DNA of 64,000 nucleotides from Minisyncoccota bacterium. Its GTDB lineage: Bacteria; Patescibacteriota; Minisyncoccia; UBA6257; UBA9933. The position numbers and the translations under genes are program-made. A model generated the notes under the pieces. That model did not search any database and was not told the origin of the DNA. It worked only from the letters and a program-made list of their open reading frames with translations. The stretch lies in NCBI GenBank assembly GCA_041653755.1, contig JBAZEU010000001.1:1398-65397 (forward strand). The letters run 5' to 3'. Positions 9,267 to 17,471 of this stretch are shown piece after piece. Each line of letters starts with the position of its first letter. Position 1 is the first letter of the stretch.

Positions 9267-9569
9267 ATGATTTCAGGGATTACAGACAACAAGGCAATTC
9301 ATGAATTGCGAGATGAGCTTAGAGATTTAAATAAAAATCTAAAAAAGGCGAACAAAGAGAATAAAAGGTTAACCATACTCGTAATTATTATTGCTCTAGT
9401 TCAGTTTACGACTTCCTTATTCCAATTTCTGGTAGGCATAATATCTCTATCTCCTAGCGAAATTTGGTTGGGAATAATCCTAGAGGTACTTTTATTCTTG
9501 TTTATTTATAAAATAATCAAGGAATCGAGTTTATTTTTGAAGGAAGATAAGCAAAAAAGGAAAAATTAA
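9267..9569 (+). CDS. hypothetical membrane protein (coiled coil plus two TM helices)
   Basis: ORF with two hydrophobic segments; TGnTAAGAT 8 nt before the ATG. Confidence 0.65.
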   Translation: MISGITDNKAIHELRDELRDLNKNLKKANKENKRLTILVIIIALVQFTTSLFQFLVGIISLSPSEIWLGIILEVLLFLFIYKIIKESSLFLKEDKQKRKN

Positions 9570-9715
9570 AGAAATTTCTTTGATTTTGAAAATCAAAAAT
9601 TATTGTCGGTGAGTTTGGCTGGTGATGATATCATAAATGATACATTGATATTTCCGCACTAAATTGTTATTCTGTGAATGATTACGTTTTGCCGTTAGGC
9701 GATAACTTTTTCCCT

Positions 9716-10309
9716 ATGTCTTATATTGACGAAATTATTAAAAATATACCAAATGGCCTTTACTACCTAGCGGTAGGTTGGGTTGTTTGGCAAGTAGCAA
9801 GGTTTTATTTTATAAGATTCCGAGATTTAGAGAAAAAATCGGATGATATATCTGGTATTAGTAAAAAAATCGACGATAAGCTTGAACCTACTCTTATAAA
9901 AATAAACTCAACCCTTGATAGAATAAGTCGATACATCATTACGAAAGATTCTCTCGATCCAGCTTTTTTCAGCACTAATAGTCCGGTTGAGTTGAATGCT
10001 TTAGCGAATGAACTTTTGGAGAAAAGTGGTGGTACGGCGTTTGTAGATAACACTCTTGATTTTCTAGTTTCGAAGATTGAAGAACGAAATCCAAAAAGTA
10101 TATTGGATATTCAACAATTAGCAGTATCTGTGATTTTCGACCTTGTGGATACCGAAGCATTTAGCAAAATCAAAGACTTTGTTTACCAAAATCCAAAGTA
10201 TAAAAGTCAAGACGTGGACATACCCGTGATCATCAATATTATCGCTTTACACCTAAGGAACAAATATTTCGAGAAACACCCCGAACTCGAAAGTTCTAAC
10301 CAACAATAA
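9716..10309 (+). CDS. hypothetical protein with N-terminal TM helix
   Basis: Long ORF, likely start ATG at 9716; 5 nt from the next gene. Confidence 0.65.
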   Translation: MSYIDEIIKNIPNGLYYLAVGWVVWQVARFYFIRFRDLEKKSDDISGISKKIDDKLEPTLIKINSTLDRISRYIITKDSLDPAFFSTNSPVELNALANELLEKSGGTAFVDNTLDFLVSKIEERNPKSILDIQQLAVSVIFDLVDTEAFSKIKDFVYQNPKYKSQDVDIPVIINIIALHLRNKYFEKHPELESSNQQ

Positions 10310-10314
10310 ATTTT

Positions 10315-10740
10315 ATGTCTTACTTCGTTCGACCAACAACAAATCAGGGCATTCACGATAAAGCCGTTAAAGATATTGCACGGAAGCGGTTTGACGGCGT
10401 GAAATATGATGTTTATACAAACCCCGGCGGTGAGAAAAATGCTTATGTTGGATCGAAAACAAATCCGATCCATCCAGATATTCTTGTTTTAGAAAAGGGC
10501 TATGGACTTAGAACCGCGATTGCTATAGGAGAAATCGAAACATCAGATTCTATTACTGATAACGAAGCAGATCAGTGGAAAGAGTATGCGGCAACAAAAA
10601 TACCTTTTTATTTGTATATCCCCGCCGGGAATGCTAGCAAGGCAACGGATATTCTAAAGAAAAAAGGGATAAAAATTTCTGGCTTAAGAACATACAAATA
10701 TGATTCGTTAGGAGAATTAATTGTTTCTAATATCTTTTAA
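10315..10740 (+). CDS. hypothetical protein, restriction-endonuclease-like PD-(D/E)xK fold
   Basis: HPDILV...IGEIETSDS pattern. Confidence 0.55.
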   Translation: MSYFVRPTTNQGIHDKAVKDIARKRFDGVKYDVYTNPGGEKNAYVGSKTNPIHPDILVLEKGYGLRTAIAIGEIETSDSITDNEADQWKEYAATKIPFYLYIPAGNASKATDILKKKGIKISGLRTYKYDSLGELIVSNIF

Positions 10741-10765
10741 TATCGCCGCCAAAAAATTCGTCAGC

Positions 10766-10804
10766 CAGCGGAGTTCTCGAAGATAAGGGGCGTAGACTTA
10801 TAAG
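10766..10804. repeat. palindromic-site copy E with left flank
   Basis: CAGCGGAGTT shared with 8832-8841; AAGATAAG-N9-CTTATAAG. Confidence 0.65.
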
Positions 10805-10847
10805 TTCTACCCCTTTATTTTAATAATCATTAATTTGTATAACTAAA

Positions 10848-11015
10848 ATGTTAAGCACTGAAAAAGTAAAAGAATTGCTAAAAGACCAAGCTATATCTGA
10901 TGAGGAAGCCGAAGAGATTAGGAATGGTTTCCGCGACCTGATCGAGATTATCTTTGAGAAGTGGATGGTTGATACAGGAAGAAGGAAGAGGCCAGATCAG
11001 AATTCGCTTACCTAA
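10848..11015 (+). CDS. 55-aa hypothetical protein (not in ORF track)
   Basis: MLSTEKVKELLKDQAISDEEAEEIRNGFRDLIEIIFEKW...; resembles small proteins recalled next to CPR recombinases (unverified). Confidence 0.55.
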   Translation: MLSTEKVKELLKDQAISDEEAEEIRNGFRDLIEIIFEKWMVDTGRRKRPDQNSLT

Positions 11016-11045
11016 AAAACGTATTTTCCCCTCCCTGAACCAGTC

Positions 11046-11074
11046 TTGACGAAAGGCTGGTTTTTTGTTATCGT
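11046..11074 (+). promoter_or_regulatory. sigma70-type promoter of the pyrF/pyrE cassette
   Basis: TTGACG-N17-TATCGT with an extended TG. Confidence 0.6.
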
Positions 11075-11100
11075 CCAACCAGATTTTTGATAATTAAAAC

Positions 11101-11168
11101 TTCTTTTATAGGGTAAATTTGTCCCTGAGAAATTCCTCTCGGGACCAGATAAAACCCTATGAAAGGGA
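11101..11168 (+). promoter_or_regulatory. structured leader element, copy 1
   Basis: TTCTTTTATAGGGT pairs with ACCCTATGAAAGGG; inner hairpin; second copy at 14791-14865. Confidence 0.75.
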
Positions 11169-11179
11169 AAGGAGGGGTT

Positions 11180-11920
11180 ATGGAAGCAAAAGATAGGATT
11201 ATTGTTGCATTGGATGTGGACAGTCTGGAAAAGGCGAAGCCACTCGTAAAAAGTCTTGCTCCGCACGTCGGATGTTTCAAGGCTGGTTTAGAGCTGCTTA
11301 TGGCCGCTGGCGCTCCGAAGATTGTCGAGTTCATTCATTCGCTCGGTGGCGATGTCTTTCTCGACGGCAAGTTCAATGATATCCCAAATACGGTCGGCAA
11401 TTCAGCCAAAGTAGTCGCTGGGTTAGGAGTCGAGGCGTTTAATGTTCATGCCTCGGCTGGCATTGAAGCAATGATGGCCGCTGTCGCCAACAAAGGGGAA
11501 TCGATAGTTCTTGCCGTGACGGTACTCACTTCGTTAGAGGAAAACAATGTTTATTTAATCTTCGGCGCACCGAGCAAAGCTAAGGTTTTGCAATTGGCGC
11601 GTGATGCGAAGATCGCCGGCTGTGACGGTATTATCTGTTCGCCACAAGAGTTAGAATTTCTCGGGAAACAAAAAGGCATCGAGGGTTTGATGAAAGTCAC
11701 CCCGGGCGTTCGTCCAGAATGGGCCGCGGTAGGAGATCAAAAGAGAGTTATGACACCGGCAGAAGCTATTAAGGCCGGAGCAAACTACTTAGTTATTGGT
11801 CGACCAATAACTAAACCACCCGCGGAAATTGGCACGCCTATTGACGCAGCCAAGGCGATTGCAAAAGAAATTCAGGACGCGTTCGTTGATATGGAAATGA
11901 AGCAACAGTTTAAAGGTTAA
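11180..11920 (+). CDS. pyrF: orotidine-5'-phosphate decarboxylase
   Basis: IIVALD, DGKFNDIPNT, VTVLTS, TPGVRP, LVIGRPIT; GGAGG SD before ATG 11180. Confidence 0.95.
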   Translation: MEAKDRIIVALDVDSLEKAKPLVKSLAPHVGCFKAGLELLMAAGAPKIVEFIHSLGGDVFLDGKFNDIPNTVGNSAKVVAGLGVEAFNVHASAGIEAMMAAVANKGESIVLAVTVLTSLEENNVYLIFGAPSKAKVLQLARDAKIAGCDGIICSPQELEFLGKQKGIEGLMKVTPGVRPEWAAVGDQKRVMTPAEAIKAGANYLVIGRPITKPPAEIGTPIDAAKAIAKEIQDAFVDMEMKQQFKG

Positions 11921-11956
11921 CGAAAAGAAACAAAACTATGAAAGGAGGTGAAAGAC

Positions 11957-12745
11957 ATGAAAGGACCAGCAAAAAGAGCAAGCGAGTTAGTTTCAATCGC
12001 CAGGTTCGATCATTTGCTAACACTAAAGAGATGTGGCGGATATTATGAATGCCCCATTAGCCCAGAAGGCAAACTTTTGGGTCCTCTGGTTGGTTATGCG
12101 GGTAAGTACGAGGCGCCTGACAAAACCAAAAAACAGTGGGTTGGTATGATATATGCCAATTTTGCCAAAGCAGAAGAATATCCACACGTTTTGTATTGGT
12201 TCGCTCAGCAGATGATTAAGCCAAAGAAAATAGGAGCGGCAATTCTCGGCTTAACTGATGTTTTCTGCGGTGCTCCATTGGGCGGTTACGACTTTGCCAA
12301 GATGCTTGGTTTGGTTCTAGATCGTCGAGCAATCAAGGCTGAGAAAAAAGTAACTGCATTTGCGACAGCCGACATGCGCGAACAATCCACCATGACATTT
12401 GCTCGCCACGAAATAAAACCGGGAGACAGAGTCACAATAGTGGAGGACGTGTGTAATAACTTTTCAACAACCGATCAGCTTATCCAGTTGATCGAACAGG
12501 CGGGCGGTTCAGTAACGGCTATTACTTGTTTACTAAATCGTTCTTTGACCGTTGATTCAATCTACACCCCTCCACGTAAAATAGTGTCCTTGCCGGTCAT
12601 AAGTCTCGTCCGTTTACCGATCGCTGAGTTTAAACAAGAAGATTCTGCGGTCGCTGACGACATTGTCCGAGGCAACGTAGTTTTAAAGCCAAAGGATGAA
12701 TGGGGACGATTGATGGCAGCGATGGATAAGGAAGAAAAGCAATAA
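11957..12745 (+). CDS. divergent type I phosphoribosyltransferase (orotate PRTase-like)
   Basis: PRPP-loop variant IVEDVCNNFST; directly downstream of pyrF; AGGAGGTG SD. Confidence 0.7.
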   Translation: MKGPAKRASELVSIARFDHLLTLKRCGGYYECPISPEGKLLGPLVGYAGKYEAPDKTKKQWVGMIYANFAKAEEYPHVLYWFAQQMIKPKKIGAAILGLTDVFCGAPLGGYDFAKMLGLVLDRRAIKAEKKVTAFATADMREQSTMTFARHEIKPGDRVTIVEDVCNNFSTTDQLIQLIEQAGGSVTAITCLLNRSLTVDSIYTPPRKIVSLPVISLVRLPIAEFKQEDSAVADDIVRGNVVLKPKDEWGRLMAAMDKEEKQ

Positions 12746-12760
12746 AAAAACAAAGGGTTT

Positions 12761-12794
12761 AAGCGGCACCCGTCGAAAGACAAAGCCGCTTTTT
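12761..12794 (+). terminator. intrinsic terminator
   Basis: AAGCGGC...GCCGCTT stem followed by a T-tract. Confidence 0.65.
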
Positions 12795-12828
12795 CATTTC
12801 AAGATTTTTTATATTTTTAATATGTTTC

Positions 12829-12899
12829 ATAGTAGTAATTTATCTTTCCGCGCATTTTCTCCCATCTTGATTTCCTTTTCATAAACAACGAAAATGAAT
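12829..12899. repeat. partial copy C of the dispersed element
   Basis: TTTATCTTTCCGCGCATTTTCTCCCATCTTG...AAACAACGAAAATGAAT matches copies A and B. Confidence 0.8.
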
Positions 12900-12908
12900 A
12901 TATAAATA

Positions 12909-13050
12909 TTAAAAAGGTTCCGATTCTTCCACAGATGTACCAGATAGAATATCTTTTAACTTCTGCCATCTCTTTAGTTCTTGTATTAGTCGGTTCCAGT
13001 TGAATCTTAAGAAGTGCACAAGTAGGTTAAAATAGCGTGTGGAAGCATAT
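12909..13050 (-). pseudogene. orphan C-terminal coding tail (possible recombinase remnant)
   Basis: ...LVHFLRFNWNRLIQELKRWQKLKDILSGTSVEESEPF* ends at copy C, the same relative position as the tails in copies A and B. Confidence 0.4.
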
Positions 13051-13066
13051 TTACCAGTCTTGACTA

Positions 13067-13095
13067 CAAAAAACCGCTTAAAAAGCGGTTTTTTT
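13067..13095. terminator. bidirectional intrinsic terminator
   Basis: AAAAAACCGCTT-AAA-AAGCGGTTTTTT. Confidence 0.7.
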
Positions 13096-13127
13096 ATTGT
13101 TTTTCTCCCCAAAAAGAACCTTTCGAG

Positions 13128-13174
13128 TAGGTAAAACTTGTCTTTAAAGACACATTCTCCTGTCTTGATTTTCC
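13128..13174. repeat. degenerate partial copy D of the dispersed element
   Basis: GTAAAACTTGTCTTT...CACATTCTCCTGTCTTGATTTTCC resembles the right half of copies A-C. Confidence 0.5.
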
Positions 13175-13238
13175 CTAAGGATTAATATTGATCATTCCAA
13201 AATCGTCAAAAAGGCGGTTTTGCTGGTATAATATCAAT

Positions 13239-14666
13239 ATGGTTTCTTCTACAAAAGAAAAAATTAGTGCTTATCTTGAAGTATCCCCAAAACAATTAGA
13301 GAAACTTGGGGTTTTTGATGCCATAATAGGCATTGATAGCAATCTTTTTATAGATCCCCACCTCCTCAACAAAATTAAAGTTTTAGAGTTCAAAGAATCA
13401 CGGAAAAAACTTGAAAAATATTTTTCTGAAATAATTACGCTTTTACAATCATCGCAACAGAAAGGTGACAGAGCTTGGCGTGAAGCTCAACGCAGACTTA
13501 TTTTTCATGAGACTCGTGGAGTTTCAATTGGCTACGGAGTTAAAAGTAGCGATGGACGAGCTATTGGTATTGGTTTAGGCAGTAAACTCATAGAAACTGC
13601 TGACGAAATTATAAAAATGGGGATAAAAGACCCAGCTATTTTTGAATTAATAGGATTGTTTGAAGAAAAATTTGGTGCCGATAGGCTAAGCGACATGACC
13701 ATTTCAATCCTTAGTGAAAGTTTTTTGGAGTATACAGAAAGAGTTACAAAAACATTGGCAATAAAGAAAGCTGCTATTTTTCAAACGCCAAGTCGAAAAT
13801 ACCTTCTGCCTATACACCCAAGCGGTAACGAACCGATTATTTTCCTCCCAACTTCTCTGTTAAGAGATTTGCCTGTGGCATTTACTTGGGACGATATAAA
13901 TTACGTTGTTTCAGTGAACCAAGAACTGCGGCAAAGATTGAATACTTTAATTGGCAGGGTTTGGTCAAGAAGAATGAAGTTATTGAAAAGAGATTTGCGA
14001 AGCCTTATTTTCAGTAATCCAGATAACATCAAAATGCTTGTTGAGGCATACAAGAAAAATACGGCTGGAGCCTATGATATAAAAAATGACCCAAGTGGAT
14101 ATTTGGTTTGGTATGAAATTGGAAAACATTTTGCGGAGACAAATAGACTCAAGATAGATAATAGATTACCGAAAACGTTGGCTGAAGTGGAGAAGGTAGT
14201 TGAGGCGATAATAGAGCAGTTTAAGAAAAATATCGAAGTTAATGGTTTAAACGAACACCTTTATGTAAACGGAAAAGTGCGACCAGAACGTTTTAGCCAA
14301 AGACTTTTTTTCAGTGTTGCTGACACATATTGCGCTGCTAATAACGTTGATTTGAGTCGTGAACCAAATGCTGGAAGCGGACCAGTAGATTTCAAAGCAA
14401 GTGGAGGATACACGGCTAGAACCCTTGTAGAAATTAAGCTTTCTTCAAATAAAAGCCTTATAAGTGGATATATGAAACAAATAGAAGCTTACAAAAAGAG
14501 TGAAAGCACAGAAAGTTGTTTTTATGTAGTTATCAAAGTGACAAGATCAGAAAGCAATATAAAACGTCTTCTCGGAATAAGAGATGCTCTACTCTCACAG
14601 AAAAAAGATTGTCCAGAAATTATTGTTATTGACGGGACAATGCAACCTTCAGCGAGTAGAAGATAG
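13239..14666 (+). CDS. hypothetical protein with C-terminal PD-(D/E)xK nuclease-like domain
   Basis: REPNAGSGPVDF...LVEIKLSSN...QIEAY; TATAAT 6 nt before ATG 13239 suggests this start. Confidence 0.7.
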   Translation: MVSSTKEKISAYLEVSPKQLEKLGVFDAIIGIDSNLFIDPHLLNKIKVLEFKESRKKLEKYFSEIITLLQSSQQKGDRAWREAQRRLIFHETRGVSIGYGVKSSDGRAIGIGLGSKLIETADEIIKMGIKDPAIFELIGLFEEKFGADRLSDMTISILSESFLEYTERVTKTLAIKKAAIFQTPSRKYLLPIHPSGNEPIIFLPTSLLRDLPVAFTWDDINYVVSVNQELRQRLNTLIGRVWSRRMKLLKRDLRSLIFSNPDNIKMLVEAYKKNTAGAYDIKNDPSGYLVWYEIGKHFAETNRLKIDNRLPKTLAEVEKVVEAIIEQFKKNIEVNGLNEHLYVNGKVRPERFSQRLFFSVADTYCAANNVDLSREPNAGSGPVDFKASGGYTARTLVEIKLSSNKSLISGYMKQIEAYKKSESTESCFYVVIKVTRSESNIKRLLGIRDALLSQKKDCPEIIVIDGTMQPSASRR

Positions 14667-14732
14667 TGCTCTTCATAACCCTATTTCCCAACGAGCATAA
14701 ATAAAGTACTTTTTAGTATAAATCATCATTCA

Positions 14733-14762
14733 TTGACAAACCTAGCGATTTTTGTTATTGTT
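14733..14762 (+). promoter_or_regulatory. sigma70-type promoter
   Basis: TTGACA-N17-TATTGT with an extended TG; similar to the promoter at 11046. Confidence 0.6.
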
Positions 14763-14790
14763 CGCTTAGTATTTTAATAATCTACAGTCT

Positions 14791-14865
14791 TTCTTTTATA
14801 GGGTAAATTTGTCCTTGAGTTGAGATTTCCTCAACCTCGAGGCCAGATAAAACCTTATAAAGGGA
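14791..14865 (+). promoter_or_regulatory. structured leader element, copy 2
   Basis: First 24 nt identical to copy 1; longer inner hairpin; pairing preserved. Confidence 0.75.
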
Positions 14866-14872
14866 GGAAGAA

Positions 14873-15271
14873 ATGAATGGATGGTTTATTTTTTGGGCTG
14901 TTGTTGTTACGTTTTTCGCTTTGTGCATGAGCTTTCTTCTCGGTTTTAATCTGCGGCCTGAAAAGCAGAATGTTGATTTGGCAAAGATTTTAGCTATGCT
15001 CATGGTTGTCGGAGCTTTAGCGCTTCCATTGCTTTGGAGGTATGTCAACGCCGGAGATCTGCTCGAGGCAGGAGCTTTAAAAGCCAATGCGGTGTACGAA
15101 CTTCGCGGCCAAGTTGATACGGGGAGAGGAACAACTGCTGCTATTTTGGTAGATATGGCAGGGCATATTAAAGCCTGTAAGCTTAAAAGTCCTATCCTTG
15201 CCCCGCCTAAGTTTCTCAGGACTCACGTCTTACCAAACGGAGCAATGGAGCTCCAGCCAATTAGCCCTTGA
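14873..15271 (+). CDS. hypothetical membrane protein (two TM helices)
   Basis: GGAGG SD; hydrophobic N-terminal half; own promoter and terminator. Confidence 0.65.
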   Translation: MNGWFIFWAVVVTFFALCMSFLLGFNLRPEKQNVDLAKILAMLMVVGALALPLLWRYVNAGDLLEAGALKANAVYELRGQVDTGRGTTAAILVDMAGHIKACKLKSPILAPPKFLRTHVLPNGAMELQPISP

Positions 15272-15296
15272 AAACCATCTTTTCATCATTGTATCG

Positions 15297-15336
15297 AAGA
15301 CCCCACCACAGCAATTGTGATGGGATCTTTATTTTT
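15297..15336 (+). terminator. intrinsic terminator
   Basis: AAGACCCCACCACA/TGTGATGGGATCTT imperfect stem with a T-rich tail. Confidence 0.55.
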
Positions 15337-15348
15337 CAGACTATATTT

Positions 15349-15540
15349 ATAGTAAGGAGTGTAAACTTATCTTCCCGCACAAATTTTCCCATCTTGCTTT
15401 CTTTCTCACAAACAGCGAAAATGAATCATAAGAAAAGGCTGGAGAAATATTTTTAAAGGCTTCGTGGAAGTTTCTATTCTTTATCATACTTATCGATGTT
15501 TTTCAGATAAAAAGTTCTAACGTCGTCCACGAGCCTGCAC
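15349..15540. repeat. copy B of the ~190-bp dispersed element
   Basis: Homology to copy A ends sharply at GAGCCTGCAC. Confidence 0.9.
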
Positions 15541-15541
15541 T

Positions 15542-16192
15542 ATGACTAAAATTACAAAATATATTCATTCAGCGGTTCTAATAGAACATAAAAATAAAAG
15601 GATTTTGATTGACCCGGGGTGCTATTGCTATAGCGAAAATTTTTCCGCAAACGATTGGGGCAAGGTTGATATTTTATTGATTACTCATTCGCACAAAGAC
15701 CATTTCGTGATAGAGGCAGTAGGAACAATAAGACAAAATAATCCTAATCTTGTTATATTCTCTACCAAGGCAATAGAAGAGGTCTTATCTAAAGAAAATA
15801 TTGATTGTGAGGTTTTGAACCCTGACGAGGAAAAATTAGTGGATGGCATTAAAATAAAAGGCGTAAAGCAAGCCCACGGAGATTTACCATCAGGTGATCC
15901 AAGACCGGATGTGATTGGTTTTTTAATTGATGATAAGTTTTATCATCCAGGCGATACAATCTACATGGAAGAAAAGCCAAAGACAGAAGTTCTATTTGTT
16001 CCGTTTAATGGGATTGTTACGATGGATATAAAAGAAGCTGCAAAGTTTTCTAAGGAAATAAATCCTAAAATAATAATTCCAATTCATTATAATAGTCCAA
16101 AGTTTCCGGTTGATGTAAACGACTTCGTAAAAGAAATGGAGGGTTACAATGTTAAGGTTCTCAAAAATGGAGAGAGTATTGAGATAGAATAA
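15542..16192 (+). CDS. MBL-fold metallo-hydrolase
   Basis: LIDPG, THSHKDH, YHPGDT and IPIHY motifs. Confidence 0.9.
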   Translation: MTKITKYIHSAVLIEHKNKRILIDPGCYCYSENFSANDWGKVDILLITHSHKDHFVIEAVGTIRQNNPNLVIFSTKAIEEVLSKENIDCEVLNPDEEKLVDGIKIKGVKQAHGDLPSGDPRPDVIGFLIDDKFYHPGDTIYMEEKPKTEVLFVPFNGIVTMDIKEAAKFSKEINPKIIIPIHYNSPKFPVDVNDFVKEMEGYNVKVLKNGESIEIE

Positions 16193-16194
16193 GC

Positions 16195-17115
16195 TTATTT
16201 TAATTCTTTTCTTCGTCTCCCATGAAATGCTTGGTGGACTTCTCTTAACTCTTGGTTGGTTAAATGAGTGTAAATTTGAGTTGTAGAAACATTCTGATGG
16301 CCTAAGATTTCTTGGACTGAGCGCAAGTCCGCGCCGCCGATTAAAAGATCAGTAGCAAAAGCATGGCGAATAGTATGCGGGTGAATATTGGTAGTAATGC
16401 CGGCTTTTATCGCATAGTGCTCCACTAATCTTTCAATAGTTCTAGGAATAATACGGCCGATGATTTTCGGTTCTTTCGCTTTGGTTAAGCTTATAAACAT
16501 TGTCTCTTCGGTGTCATTTCTTTTATCTAAATAATTTTTTATCGCTTTTCTTGCTCTGTCCGAAAGGAAAACTAATCTTATTTTACCTCCTTTTCCGCGC
16601 ACCGAAACCTCTCCTCTTTCTAGATCGAGATAACGATCCAAAGCGCATAATTCGGAAACTCGTAAGCCGGTTGAAAATAAAACCTCTAAAATTGCTTTAT
16701 CGCGCAAAGATTTTAAGTCGTTTCCTGACGGAGCAGAGAGCAATCGTTCCAAATCCTTATATTCCAATATTTTAATTTGTCGTTCTGGGATTTTGGGGAG
16801 CTCGATATTATCTGAAGCCAGAACATCGTAATTATTTTTTGCTAAGTATTTTAGAAAATTCCTGATAGCGATTATGTAATATGATTGGGTATTTTTTTGA
16901 AGAGGTTCATTTTGTTGGGCGCCTTGTTGTTTACTTAAAAATAGTCGAAAATCGCGGACTTTGTCTTGAGTAATATCTTTTTCGGTTTTTATTTTTGAGA
17001 AGCTAAAAAATGCTTTAAGATAGCGCTCATAGTTTTTTTGCGTCTTCGGCGAGCGGTTTTTCTCAATTTCCAGATAGGCCAGGTAATCTTTTAAAAGTTG
17101 GTTTATGTCAGCCAT
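16195..17115 (-). CDS. XerC/XerD-family tyrosine recombinase
   Basis: STGLRVSEL, GKGGK, HTIRHAFAT, LGH...TTQIYTH; likely start MADINQ at 17115 with TATACT 7 nt upstream. Confidence 0.92.
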   Translation of the reverse strand: MADINQLLKDYLAYLEIEKNRSPKTQKNYERYLKAFFSFSKIKTEKDITQDKVRDFRLFLSKQQGAQQNEPLQKNTQSYYIIAIRNFLKYLAKNNYDVLASDNIELPKIPERQIKILEYKDLERLLSAPSGNDLKSLRDKAILEVLFSTGLRVSELCALDRYLDLERGEVSVRGKGGKIRLVFLSDRARKAIKNYLDKRNDTEETMFISLTKAKEPKIIGRIIPRTIERLVEHYAIKAGITTNIHPHTIRHAFATDLLIGGADLRSVQEILGHQNVSTTQIYTHLTNQELREVHQAFHGRRRKELK

Positions 17116-17200
17116 TAGGGTAAGTATAGAGCATTCAGGGAAGTGTCGCAAAATCTCTCGAATTTGCTTTTTAGAAATATTTGGGCTATAATAGATTCAA

Positions 17201-17467
17201 ATGTTAACACCAAGAAAAAAATCAAAAGTCATTAAAGAGCACCAGATTCACGAGAAGGACACTGGTTCAGCTGAAGTGCAGGTAGGCCTTTTAACTAAAC
17301 AAATTGAAGAATTAGTAAGCCATCTAAAAAAGCACTCAAAAGACAACCACTCTCGACGTGGCCTTTTAAAAATGGTTGGCCGAAGAAAAAAGTTTTTAAG
17401 TTATATTCAAAAAGCCGATCCTAAGAGGTACCAGAAAGTGGTTAAAAAGTTAGGGTTGAAAGAATAA
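17201..17467 (+). CDS. rpsO: 30S ribosomal protein S15
   Basis: DTGSAEVQV, KDNHSRRGLLKMVGRR. Confidence 0.98.
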   Translation: MLTPRKKSKVIKEHQIHEKDTGSAEVQVGLLTKQIEELVSHLKKHSKDNHSRRGLLKMVGRRKKFLSYIQKADPKRYQKVVKKLGLKE

Positions 17468-17471
17468 AAAA

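Noticed and set aside
11101-11168. PyrR-binding attenuator
   Set aside because: It lacks the PyrR loop consensus and a following terminator, and the second copy precedes a non-pyr gene.
16195-17115. Classical integron (IntI with attC array)
   Set aside because: The recombinase looks like a plain XerC/D without an evident IntI-specific insertion, converges on the array, and no RYYYAAC...GTTRRRY attC sites were found by eye.
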